From Asaia bogorensis (lineage in GTDB: Bacteria; Pseudomonadota; Gammaproteobacteria; Burkholderiales; Burkholderiaceae_C): a DNA stretch of 64,000 nt. The position numbers were made by a program, and so were the translations under genes. The stretch covers positions 9,164 through 73,163 of the forward strand of contig CALRUM020000008.1 in assembly GCA_943371375.1 (NCBI GenBank), given 5' to 3'. The notes beneath the pieces were generated by a model that was given only the letters and a program-made list of their open reading frames with translations, was not told the DNA's origin and made no database searches. Below, piece after piece: positions 18,649 to 27,738 of this stretch. Every line of letters begins with the position of its first letter. The first letter of the stretch is position 1.

Positions 18649-20511
18649 TCAGGCAGCCAGTCGGCGCTCAATCGCGGCTTTGGTCTCCCCCAGCTCTTTC
18701 GGCAGGTGATGTTCGAGTTGTTTGAACAGTTCGGTGTGCAACTCCAGCTCTTTGAGCCAGGCCGCCTTGTCAATGCTGGTGACGGTGCTGTACTGCTCGG
18801 CGCTGAAGTCGAGACCGGTCCAGTTCAGGTCTTCGTAGGCCGGGCTCACGCCGGTGAGGTGCTCGGCGCCTTTGCCTGTGCCTTCAATGCGGTCAATCAT
18901 CCACTTGAGCACGCGCATGTTCTCGCCATAACCGGGCCAGACAAACTTGCCGTCCGCGCCCTTGCGGAACCAGTTGGTGGTGTAGATTTTTGGCAAGGCG
19001 GCGCCGGTGGCGGCGAGTTTTTTGCCCATGTCCAGCCAGTGCTGGAAATAGTCGCTCATGTTGTAGCCGGCAAAAGGCAGCATGGCAAACGGGTCACGCC
19101 GCACCACACCGGCTTGCCCGGTGGCGGCGGCGGTGGTTTCCGAGCCCATGGTGGCGGCCATGTACACACCTTCGACCCAGTTGCGCGCTTCGGTCACCAG
19201 CGGCACGGTGGTCGAGCGGCGGCCGCCGAAGATGAAGGCGTCAATCGCCACACCTTTCGGGTCATCCCAGGCGCTGTCGAGAGCCGGGTTGTTGGTGGCA
19301 GCCACGGTGAAACGGGCATTGGGATGGGCGGCTTTGGCGCCAGTGTCTTTGGCGATCTGCGGCGTCCAGTCCTTGCCCTGCCAGTCGATCAGGTGCGCGG
19401 GCAGGCTGCCGCTGTCTTTTTCCATGCCTTCCCACCACACATCACCGTCGTCGGTGAGGGCGACATTGGTGAAGATGACGTCCTTGTCCAGGCTGGCCAT
19501 GCAGTTCGGGTTGGTGTGGAAGTTGGTGCCCGGGGCCACGCCAAAATAACCGGCTTCCGGGTTGATCGCGTAGAGTTTGCCGTCGCTGCCGGGTTTGATC
19601 CAGGCGATGTCGTCCCCAATGGTGGTGACCTTCCAGCCGTCAAAACCGGCAGGCGGAACCAGCATGGAAAAATTGGTCTTGCCGCAGGCCGACGGGAAGG
19701 CCGCCGCCACATGGTATTTTTTGCCCTGGGGGTTGCTGACGCCGAGGATCAGCATGTGTTCGGCCAGCCAGCCTTCGTCGCGTCCCATGTTGGAGGCGAT
19801 GCGCAGCGCAAAACATTTTTTGCCCAGCAGCGCATTGCCGCCGTAACCGGAACCGTAAGACCAGATCTCGCGCGTTTCGGGGTAATGCACGATGTATTTG
19901 GTCTTGTTGCAGGGCCACTTCACGTCTTTCTCGCCGGTCGCCAGCGGCGCGCCCACCGTGTGCACGCAGGGCACAAATTCACCGTTGACGCCCAGTACGT
20001 CAAACACCGGCTTGCCCATGCGTGTCATGATTTTCATGTTGACCGCGACATAGGGGCTGTCAGACAGCTCGATGCCGATGTGCGCAATCGGCGAACCCAG
20101 CGGGCCCATGCTGAAAGGCACGACATACATGGTGCGTCCCTGCATGCAACCGTCAAACAGCGGCTCCAGCGTGGCGCGCATCTGCTCGGGCGCCATCCAG
20201 TTGTTGGTCGGGCCGGCGTCTTCCTTGTTGGCCGAGCAGATGAAGGTGCGGTCTTCGACGCGCGCCACATCGGTTGGGTCGCTTTGCGCCAGAAAGCTGT
20301 TGGGCCGCTTGGCCTCATTGAGTTTCTTGAACGTGCCGGCATCCACAAGTTGCTGGCACAGGCGCTGGTATTCGGCCTCGCTGCCATCACACCAGTACAC
20401 GGTATCGGGTTTGCACAGGGCCGCCATGTCGGCCACCCAGGCGATCAGCCGGGCGTTCCTGACGTAACTCGGCGCATTGAGCTTGAGTCCTTGCATCGCA
20501 GGGTGGTTCAT
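18649..20511 (-). CDS. pckG: Phosphoenolpyruvate carboxykinase (GTP)
   Basis: [47 protein letters not shown] motifs. Confidence 0.97.
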   Translation of the reverse strand: MNHPAMQGLKLNAPSYVRNARLIAWVADMAALCKPDTVYWCDGSEAEYQRLCQQLVDAGTFKKLNEAKRPNSFLAQSDPTDVARVEDRTFICSANKEDAGPTNNWMAPEQMRATLEPLFDGCMQGRTMYVVPFSMGPLGSPIAHIGIELSDSPYVAVNMKIMTRMGKPVFDVLGVNGEFVPCVHTVGAPLATGEKDVKWPCNKTKYIVHYPETREIWSYGSGYGGNALLGKKCFALRIASNMGRDEGWLAEHMLILGVSNPQGKKYHVAAAFPSACGKTNFSMLVPPAGFDGWKVTTIGDDIAWIKPGSDGKLYAINPEAGYFGVAPGTNFHTNPNCMASLDKDVIFTNVALTDDGDVWWEGMEKDSGSLPAHLIDWQGKDWTPQIAKDTGAKAAHPNARFTVAATNNPALDSAWDDPKGVAIDAFIFGGRRSTTVPLVTEARNWVEGVYMAATMGSETTAAATGQAGVVRRDPFAMLPFAGYNMSDYFQHWLDMGKKLAATGAALPKIYTTNWFRKGADGKFVWPGYGENMRVLKWMIDRIEGTGKGAEHLTGVSPAYEDLNWTGLDFSAEQYSTVTSIDKAAWLKELELHTELFKQLEHHLPKELGETKAAIERRLAA

Positions 20512-20803
20512 CGAAAAACTCCAAAGTTAAAAAGCGTGATTTCGACAAATGTCCGATGGCAGGCAGCGCAGTGCGGCAAGGGCTGAGGCATCGAGACATC
20601 TGTCGAAATGGCGCTGCTCGCGGCCCGGTGTCTGGCCGCGATGGGCCGGAAGCCGGGCAGAAACTGCCATCGGACAAGTCCCGGTCGGCGGGCGGGGCCA
20701 CAGCCGGATGTGCTGCGGCGCTGCGGCTGAAAAAACGGCGGATAGCTTGTTTTTTCGGCTTCCACGGGTCGGCCAGAAAGCCCATTTTAAGAAGATCGCT
20801 GTC

Positions 20804-20858
20804 GGTTACAGGCAGGTTACAGGCAAAGTTCATGCATAACTTGCATGAGGTTATGCAT
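20804..20858. promoter_or_regulatory. Candidate operators in the pckG/modA divergent region
   Basis: Tandem 11-bp direct repeat GGTTACAGGCA x2 (20804-20825) and inverted repeat ATGCATAAC-N9-GTTATGCAT (20832-20858). Confidence 0.5.
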
Positions 20859-20940
20859 AGCTTGCCCCCGGGTTCTGACAGTCATGACATGCGGGTGTGG
20901 AATGCCGCAATAATGAAGTTTTCAGATGGCAGGTTTGATC

Positions 20941-21732
20941 ATGGGTATGCAGAGGCCGGGCATCCAGCGCTGGCGCCGGATCGTGACCGCCTCGTTGTGG
21001 CTGCTGCTGACGGGCGCGGTTCTGGCGCAAGCCGACACCCGGCCAAAACCGGTGCTGGTCGCGGCCGCCGCCAATATGCAGTCGGCACTCACCGAGCTGG
21101 TGCCGCTGTTCGAAAGCGGGCACTCAGCCCGCGTCAGCCTGACACTGGGCTCGTCGGCGACGCTGGTCCGGCAGATCCAGCAAGGCTTGCCGGCGCAGCT
21201 GTTTTTATCGGCCGATGAAGATTTTGTTTTCCGCCTGGCCGATGCCGGGCTGACGCAGGACCGGGGCGCGGTATACGCCACCGGCCGTCTGGTGCTGCTG
21301 GTGCCAGCGGGCTCGCCCCTGGTGCTGGACCCCGGGCTGGTCGGGCTCAAAGCCGGTTTGCCCGGGCTGCGCAAACTGGCCATTGCCAACCCGGAGCTGG
21401 CGCCTTATGGCAAGGCGGCGGTGCAGGTCCTGCAGCAGCAGGCGCTCTGGCCCGCACTGCAGGGCAAGCTGGTGCTGGGGGACAACATCGCGCAAACCAC
21501 GCAGTTTGTCAGCAGCGGCGCGGCCGACGCGGGCATCACCGCCTTGTCGCTGGCGCTGGCGCCCGAAGTGGCGGCGCGCACGCGTTTTGTGCTGATCTCC
21601 GAGGCGCTGCATGCGCCGGTCCGGCAACGCATGGTGTTGCTGAAAAATGCCGGTCCGGGCGCACGGGCCTTCCATGATTTTCTGCAGTCGCCCGAAGCAA
21701 AGGCGGTGTTGCTGCGTTACGGCTTTCGGTAA
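20941..21732 (+). CDS. modA: Molybdate ABC transporter substrate-binding protein
   Basis: VAAAANM, LGSSATLVRQI, FLSADE, IANPELAPYG, LGDNIAQT motifs; start could be 20926-20947. Confidence 0.92.
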   Translation: MGMQRPGIQRWRRIVTASLWLLLTGAVLAQADTRPKPVLVAAAANMQSALTELVPLFESGHSARVSLTLGSSATLVRQIQQGLPAQLFLSADEDFVFRLADAGLTQDRGAVYATGRLVLLVPAGSPLVLDPGLVGLKAGLPGLRKLAIANPELAPYGKAAVQVLQQQALWPALQGKLVLGDNIAQTTQFVSSGAADAGITALSLALAPEVAARTRFVLISEALHAPVRQRMVLLKNAGPGARAFHDFLQSPEAKAVLLRYGFR

Positions 21733-21744
21733 AGCGGCCACAAC

Positions 21745-21803
21745 GCTCCTGAAATAATAGCTGCTGGTGCCTGCTGTGTCTGGGCTGATGGCCGATTTGG
21801 CTT
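21745..21803 (+). repeat. REP-like repeat family A, copy between modA and modB
   Basis: Head GCTCCTGAAATAATAGC at 21745-21761, body TGCTGGTGCCTGCTGTGTCTGGGCTGATGGCCGATTTGGCTT. Confidence 0.75.
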
Positions 21804-22007
21804 TACAGCAAGGATTTCCGCAGCCAGGTACGGGGCTGCGCGGTACAGTCGGAGCCGTCACCTGCTTTTGCCGCCCGGTCTCCGTGCGGAAGAAAACCCC
21901 ATGAACCTGACCGCCCCATGTCCGCCCGCCGCACCGACCAAGGTGTACATCGCCGCCTGCTTGCGCGGTCGGCGTGTGCGGCCTGCTGCCTGGTGGCCAG
22001 GCTGAGC

Positions 22008-22676
22008 ATGGATTGGCAGGCCGCCCGCGTATCCCTGCTGCTGGCCCTGTGCACGGCGGCCTTGCTGCTGCCATTTGGCTTGTGGCTGGCGCGCTGGCTG
22101 GCCACCACGGCCTGGCGTGGCCGGCCGGCGGTGGAGGCCCTGCTGATGCTGCCCTTGCTGCTGCCACCCACGGTGGTGGGCTTTTACCTCCTGTCCACGC
22201 TGGGGCAGGGCTCGCCGCTGGGGGCATGGCTGGCCCGCAGTTTCAATCTCCGCCTGGTGTTCAGTTTTGAAGGTTTGCTGCTGGCCAGCCTGCTGGTGAA
22301 CCTGCCTTTCATGGTGCAGCCTTTGCAGCGTGCCTTTGCGGCCATTCCCGTCAGCTTGCGTGAGGCGGCCTGGGTCTGTGGCCTGAGCCCCTGGCGGGCG
22401 TTCTGGAAGATTGAGCTGCCCCTGGTCTGGCCCGGGCTGCTGGCCGGGGTGGCGCTGACCGTCGCGCACACCCTCGGTGAGTTCGGCGTGGTGTTGATGG
22501 TGGGTGGCAGCATCGCGGGCGAAACCCGTACCCTGTCGATTGCCATTTATGACCGGGTGCAAGCCTTTGATCTGGCCGGGGCCCATGTCATGGCGCTGGT
22601 GCTGGTGCTGTGTTCGCTGGTGGCGCTGGGGCTGGTGTTTGCCGCCGGCAGGGCGCGGCCCTTGCAGGAGCGTTAG
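22008..22676 (+). CDS. modB: Molybdate ABC transporter permease
   Basis: LPLLLPPTVVGFYLL, NLPFMV, LREAA (EAA), AHTLGEFGVVLMVGGSIAGETRTLSIAIY. Confidence 0.95.
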   Translation: MDWQAARVSLLLALCTAALLLPFGLWLARWLATTAWRGRPAVEALLMLPLLLPPTVVGFYLLSTLGQGSPLGAWLARSFNLRLVFSFEGLLLASLLVNLPFMVQPLQRAFAAIPVSLREAAWVCGLSPWRAFWKIELPLVWPGLLAGVALTVAHTLGEFGVVLMVGGSIAGETRTLSIAIYDRVQAFDLAGAHVMALVLVLCSLVALGLVFAAGRARPLQER

Positions 22677-22680
22677 AGCG

Positions 22681-23835
22681 ATGCTGCAGGTGTCCCTCCA
22701 GAGTGCTGGCCCGATCCGGCTGAACGCCAGCTTTGATTGCCAGCCCGGCGAGTTGCTGTGCCTGGTGGGTCCGTCGGGCAGTGGCAAGACCAGTGTGCTG
22801 CGGGCGCTGGCCGGGTTGCTCAAAAGTCCGGGTCTGCGCGGCCGGGTCAGCATCAGCGGCGCGGGCGGCGATGCGCTCTGGTTTGACAGCGACCAGGGCC
22901 ACTGGCTGCCACCGCAGCGCCGCCGTGTGGGCCTGGTGTTCCAGAACTACGCCTTGTTTCCGCACCTGACTGCTATCGAAAACGTAGCTATTGCCGCAGA
23001 CCCCGAAAGGGCTGAAGGCGCACTGGATGCCTTGTTTGAACGCATGGGGCTGACCGGCCTGCAACAGCGCCGGCCGGCGCAGCTCTCGGGCGGCCAGCAG
23101 CAACGAGTGGCCCTGGCCCGCGCGCTGGCCCGCGAGCCGCAGGTGCTGCTGCTGGACGAGCCGTTTTCCGCGGTGGATGCGCCCACGCGCCAGACCCTGT
23201 ACCACGAGCTGGCGGCGCTGCGCCAGCGGGTCGCCATCCCGATGGTGCTGGTGACACATGACCTGAACGAGGCACGGCGGCTGGCGGATCGTGTCGTGAT
23301 CCTGGACGCCGGCGAGTCGCTGCAGGTGGGCACGCCGGCGCGTGTATTTGCCAGCCCGCGCAATGCGCGTGTGGCCGAGCTGGTGGGTATCCAGAACCAT
23401 TTCAGCGGCCAGTTTTTCAAAAATCAGCCACAGGACCCGGCCGGTTACGGTCGGCTGGCCTGGCACGATGTGGCGGCTGCGCAGCAGGCTGGTGCAGGCG
23501 CGCCCGTTTGGCTGCAGGTGCCCGACAAAGGGCGCCTGGACGATGGCGTCGCCGTCTCCTGGGTACTGAGCGGTGAGCTGGTGGACGTCGCCGTGGCTGC
23601 GGGCGCGGGCGCGGCGGGCAACAGCCTGCGCTGCACCCTCTCGGAGGTGCTGCCGCTGGGCGAAATCAGTCTGTGCACGCTGGTACCGCTGGCCTTGCCC
23701 GGTCAGCGCCTGACGCTGAACCTGTCCACCGCTGCGCTGCGCCAGCTGGGTGCGGTGGCCGGTGCGGCGCTGGATCTGCAGATACCGCCGCAGGCGGTGC
23801 ATGTCATGCCGGTGCGGCAAAACCAGGCCGGCTAG
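22681..23835 (+). CDS. modC: Molybdate ABC transporter ATP-binding protein
   Basis: GPSGSGKT Walker A, LSGGQQQR signature, LLLDEPF Walker B, VTHD; follows modAB. Confidence 0.9.
   Translation: MLQVSLQSAGPIRLNASFDCQPGELLCLVGPSGSGKTSVLRALAGLLKSPGLRGRVSISGAGGDALWFDSDQGHWLPPQRRRVGLVFQNYALFPHLTAIENVAIAADPERAEGALDALFERMGLTGLQQRRPAQLSGGQQQRVALARALAREPQVLLLDEPFSAVDAPTRQTLYHELAALRQRVAIPMVLVTHDLNEARRLADRVVILDAGESLQVGTPARVFASPRNARVAELVGIQNHFSGQFFKNQPQDPAGYGRLAWHDVAAAQQAGAGAPVWLQVPDKGRLDDGVAVSWVLSGELVDVAVAAGAGAAGNSLRCTLSEVLPLGEISLCTLVPLALPGQRLTLNLSTAALRQLGAVAGAALDLQIPPQAVHVMPVRQNQAG
22972..23020 (+). repeat. Family A repeat-derived segment embedded in frame in modC
   Basis: Head GCTATCGAAAACGTAGC; 20 of the next 31 nt match the 14528 body without gaps; atypical A/T-ending codons. 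Confidence 0.6.
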
Positions 23836-23836
23836 C

Positions 23837-25369
23837 TTACTGCTTGGCAAACGCCGCCACGTTGCCGGCCACATTTGGCTGGGACGTCGTCAGCTGGGTG
23901 TTGCCGACCGTGATGGCGGCGGTATAGCCCTGCAATGCGGCGCCTACAAACCGGCCGTTGATGGAGCCGGTGGTGCTGCCGCTGCAGCCGCTGCTGCAGC
24001 TGGTGCCGGCCAGCGGGTGTGGGCCACCGCCCACAGGCCAGACGGTGTTGGCCGGAATGACGTACACGGTGGCGGCCGCTTGCAGCGCACTGCTGCCAAA
24101 GTTCATGCTCATCGCGCTGGTGGTTTTGATCTGCCGGGCGCCGAAGTCCATCAGCAGGTTGCTGCCGCTGAAGCTGCCCACCCGGCCAAAATTGTCGGTG
24201 GGCGCGGTACCGCCCACATAGTTGTACTGGGCAGTGCCTGCGCCCGGCAGCTGGATCTGCGGTGAGTCGCCCCAGGCGTGGTGCGAGCCCAGGCGCGAGC
24301 TCGTTCCGGATTCGGGCGGCTCGTACATCCAGAAGGCCGCAGCGGCGGCGCTGGCACCCACGGTCCGGCCTACCGAGCGCAAAGCGGTGGCCAGGGAGGC
24401 CGCGTCAATAAAGTGGATGCCGCTGACTTCGGAGACTTCGCTGCGCAGCTGCAACACGCTGTAGTTCCTGGCGTTGGCCTCGAGCTTGTTCAATGCGCCG
24501 ACCTGCGTTTCAACGACGGTGATCTGGTTGGTATTGCCATCGCTGGAGATGCTGGGCTGCTCGGTGGCGGCAACGTTGGTCAGTGGCGACAGCAGCTGCG
24601 TGGCCGGTGCGGTTTGCACCGTCAGCTGTGGTGAGGTCGAGGTCTGGGGGCCTGAGCTGCTGTCGGCCGCGGTTTCCCCGCCCGCCGCCGTGCCGCCGGC
24701 GCCGCTGGCCGGGGCAGCCGCTGCGCTGCGTCCGCGCGCGCCGGCGCTGCGGTCGTTCAGTATGGCGGGCGGCGCAAGCAGCCGCACCGGCGCGGCGTCT
24801 GCGCCTGGCACATGAAAATAATCCTGCTGCCCGAACTCGTGCTGGCCGCTGCTGTTGGAGACGGTGATGCGACCGTCGGTGACCCCGCCGAAGGTGCCAT
24901 TAGGCCCCGGCGTGCCATCGGTATTGCGGCAGTCGTTGCTGCAGGACACCACGGTGAAATGGGTGCCGCGTATGCCTATGGTCGAGGTGGCGGTGCGGAC
25001 CATGTAGTTTTTCTGGTTGCCTTTGCCGATCAGGCCGGTGATGGTGCGCATGCCGCCTTTGAGCAAACCCATGACAGAGCGGTCCTGCACCGCGTTGTTG
25101 TCAAAGCGGTAGTCTTCTATCCGGAACTCGCTGTTGGCCCGCAGGGCCACCACCGACTCGTCGGTAAAACGCACTTGCAGGGCGCTGCGTTCTCCGACCG
25201 CCAGCACATCGCCGCTTTGCACCATGACGCCGGCCCGCAGGGGCAATTGCTGCCCGGCGCGCGACAGGGTGGCGTCTCCGGCCAGCGCCAGCACCCGGCC
25301 CGCCGGCTGGGCGCTGGCAGCACCCAGGCCAAGCAGCGCCAGCCAGGCAATCATCAGGACGGTTTTCAT
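23837..25369 (-). CDS. Secreted FecR-domain protein with low-complexity linker and C-terminal beta-rich (TbpB/HupA barrel-like) domain
   Basis: Signal peptide; FecR pattern GDVLAVGERSALQVRFTDESVVALRANS...LLKGGMR...TIGIRGT; C-terminal SINGRFVG...VAAFAKQ. Confidence 0.8.
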   Translation of the reverse strand: MKTVLMIAWLALLGLGAASAQPAGRVLALAGDATLSRAGQQLPLRAGVMVQSGDVLAVGERSALQVRFTDESVVALRANSEFRIEDYRFDNNAVQDRSVMGLLKGGMRTITGLIGKGNQKNYMVRTATSTIGIRGTHFTVVSCSNDCRNTDGTPGPNGTFGGVTDGRITVSNSSGQHEFGQQDYFHVPGADAAPVRLLAPPAILNDRSAGARGRSAAAAPASGAGGTAAGGETAADSSSGPQTSTSPQLTVQTAPATQLLSPLTNVAATEQPSISSDGNTNQITVVETQVGALNKLEANARNYSVLQLRSEVSEVSGIHFIDAASLATALRSVGRTVGASAAAAAFWMYEPPESGTSSRLGSHHAWGDSPQIQLPGAGTAQYNYVGGTAPTDNFGRVGSFSGSNLLMDFGARQIKTTSAMSMNFGSSALQAAATVYVIPANTVWPVGGGPHPLAGTSCSSGCSGSTTGSINGRFVGAALQGYTAAITVGNTQLTTSQPNVAGNVAAFAKQ

Positions 25370-25380
25370 GGGGCCTCCCT

Positions 25381-26736
25381 TCATTTGAAGTCGTAACGCA
25401 GTTTCAGTGCCAGTGAGCGGCGGGTGTAGTCAAAAAAACCTATGCTGGACTGCTGCTCCACATGCTGGTACTCGCCGCGCAAGGACCAGTTCCGGTCCCA
25501 GGCGTAGGCGGCGGACAGGTCCAGCGCGTAATACTGGTCGCTGCGCGCCGGGATGCCGACGGCAAAGTCGCTGGCATAACGGCTGCCCTGGTAGCTCAGG
25601 GCACTGCCTAGGGTCCATTTGGGCAAGGGTTGCGCCGTGAGCGCCAGCCTGGCACCCCACAGATCGCGTGACAGGTCGGGCCGGTTTTTGCGGTTTCTTT
25701 CGCTGCCTGCATTCACACTGGTCGTGAAAACCGGATTCCAGCGGTGCGCGAGTGTGCGCGTCCAGGCGCCGGTCAGGCTGCTCAGGCTGCTGTCCCGGAT
25801 GTCGGCGCCGGAGCTCACGGCCGAGGTCTTGTTGATGTCAAGAAAGCTGTTGATGTTCTGGTAGCTTTGGCGCGAATGCTGTACCGACAGCGCAAAGCGG
25901 TTGTACTGGTCGTTCTGGTATTGCCACTCGCCCACCAGGGTGTTGAGCGACAGGTACTTCTGGCTGTCCACCCCCAGCCTGAGCACATCGACACCCAGCC
26001 GGTACAGGCTGCGGCCTTCGAGCATGGAGATGCCGCCCTGCAAGGCAAGCAGCTGCTGGTCAAACACGTCGTTCTGGCTGCGGCGGTGGCTGCGTGTCAT
26101 CAGCATGGCGCCGCCGTACAGGGACAGGCCGGGGGCAAACGGATACGCCCCCTGCACCCCGGCCAGCACGCTGTGGAAGGAGTCGGCCTGGCGCTCCGAC
26201 GACTGGCCAGGCGCGACGATAAAGCCCAGCGGCAGGCCGCCCACCTGGCCGCTGCGGATGCCGCTGTTGATGTTGCTGTCGTAGCCGGCGCCCAGCTCCA
26301 CAAAGGCGCTGGAAGTGGGCTTGTAACGCGATTCACGGGCGCGGATCGCATCGAGAAAGCGCGTGATATGGTCCAGCTCCACCCCGGCGGCCCCTGGGGC
26401 CAGGCTGGAAAACTCCTCGCGGGCACGCTGGTCTTCACCGAGGATGAAGTAGCCGCGTGCCAGCTGGAATTGCGCCGACCGGTTCTCCGGAAACTGGAGC
26501 AGATAACGCTCCAGCGCCAGCACCCCTTCGCCGGGCACCCCGCCATTGAGTGCGGCAATGCCGAAGTAAAAATCAAACAAGGGTGTGCCCAGCGCGTCGG
26601 GCGCGGCTTTGCCCAGCTCGTAAGCCTGCCGGTCCTGGCCTTGTTCCAGCAGAGCCTTGAGTTCATCGGCGGGCGCAGCCGCAGCCAGTGTGCAGGCCAG
26701 GCACAGCAGTGAACCCCATCCGCCAGCTTTCCTCAT
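25381..26736 (-). CDS. TPR + outer-membrane beta-barrel protein, Slam/DUF560-like
   Basis: Signal peptide, TPR (LALERYLLQFPENRSAQFQLARGYF), GAGYDSNIN barrel-start motif, alternating beta-strands, C-terminal LRYDFK. Confidence 0.75.
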   Translation of the reverse strand: MRKAGGWGSLLCLACTLAAAAPADELKALLEQGQDRQAYELGKAAPDALGTPLFDFYFGIAALNGGVPGEGVLALERYLLQFPENRSAQFQLARGYFILGEDQRAREEFSSLAPGAAGVELDHITRFLDAIRARESRYKPTSSAFVELGAGYDSNINSGIRSGQVGGLPLGFIVAPGQSSERQADSFHSVLAGVQGAYPFAPGLSLYGGAMLMTRSHRRSQNDVFDQQLLALQGGISMLEGRSLYRLGVDVLRLGVDSQKYLSLNTLVGEWQYQNDQYNRFALSVQHSRQSYQNINSFLDINKTSAVSSGADIRDSSLSSLTGAWTRTLAHRWNPVFTTSVNAGSERNRKNRPDLSRDLWGARLALTAQPLPKWTLGSALSYQGSRYASDFAVGIPARSDQYYALDLSAAYAWDRNWSLRGEYQHVEQQSSIGFFDYTRRSLALKLRYDFK

Positions 26737-26958
26737 CGTGAACCCCTGCTTGTCCGCAGACTTGTAAGCAAAAGGTTAGCATGCGCTCCGATTTCTGTAA
26801 CGAAAAGAATCCATCTTCGGCGTGACGGGGCCGGCGATTGTTGTTTGGCCGCTGCCTTCCTGGCAGGAGCGGGCCCAGACCCGTGGCGGCGTGTCATCTA
26901 GAATTCAGGGTTGCAGGTCCTGTCGCACCTGCCAGCCCTGCCCACTTCCAGAGTTTCC

Positions 26959-27705
26959 ATGCCCCTTGAACCGCCAGCCGCGCCGCCGACCCAGGTTTTG
27001 CCACAGGGGCTGGATGCGATATTTGTGATCCACGCCAGCCCCTATGTCGAAAGGCGGGTATTCATTGAGGCCCAGATGCGGGCCCTGGGCCTGCCGTTTG
27101 AGTTTGTGCTCGATTTCGACATTCCCGCCATTCCTGAAGCCCTGCGGCAGCGGCTGTTCCGGGGAAACGGTCTTTCTCCGGCGCAGCAGTCATGTGCCCT
27201 GAAACACTGGCAGGCGCATCAGCTGATGCTGCAGAGAAACATCGCGCGCGCCCTGATTCTGGAAGACGACGTGATTCTTTCCGAGGCTTTTTTGCCGGCG
27301 CTCAGGGGCTTGATGCACGAGGAGCTGGTGCTGGGCGACCCGCACGTGACTTTCCTGGGTTGCGGCGGCCACTACTACGTGCCGCATGAGCAAATCCGTG
27401 CTGGCCAATGGCTGTATCCGCGCAACCAGGGCAAGTTTGCTGACTCCTACATCCTCTCGCTGGCCACCGCCAAAAGGCGGCTGGACTGGATTGACGAACA
27501 TGGCATCACGCTGCCGATTGACCACACCTTCGAGCACATAGACCGGACCCTGGCCACGCCGATGTTCTGGCTGGAGCCGCCCGTCGTCGAGCAGGGCAGC
27601 CACAACGGAAAGTTCTCCTCCACACTGGACAAGTCGCATCCGCTGTGGTTCCAGGCGCTGCAGTTTCGCTGGAAGAAACTGTGGCGCAGGCGCCGGCATG
27701 AATAA
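26959..27705 (+). CDS. Glycosyltransferase family 25 (LPS biosynthesis)
   Basis: IFVIH...ERR, SCALKH, ALILEDDV, DSYILS, LPID motifs. Confidence 0.88.
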   Translation: MPLEPPAAPPTQVLPQGLDAIFVIHASPYVERRVFIEAQMRALGLPFEFVLDFDIPAIPEALRQRLFRGNGLSPAQQSCALKHWQAHQLMLQRNIARALILEDDVILSEAFLPALRGLMHEELVLGDPHVTFLGCGGHYYVPHEQIRAGQWLYPRNQGKFADSYILSLATAKRRLDWIDEHGITLPIDHTFEHIDRTLATPMFWLEPPVVEQGSHNGKFSSTLDKSHPLWFQALQFRWKKLWRRRRHE

Positions 27706-27738
27706 ACAGACCGCCCCAGAATCCGGAAACACCCACCG

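Noticed and set aside
20860-20940. ModE operator upstream of modA
   Set aside because: No TATAT-N7-TAYAT-like box is visible.
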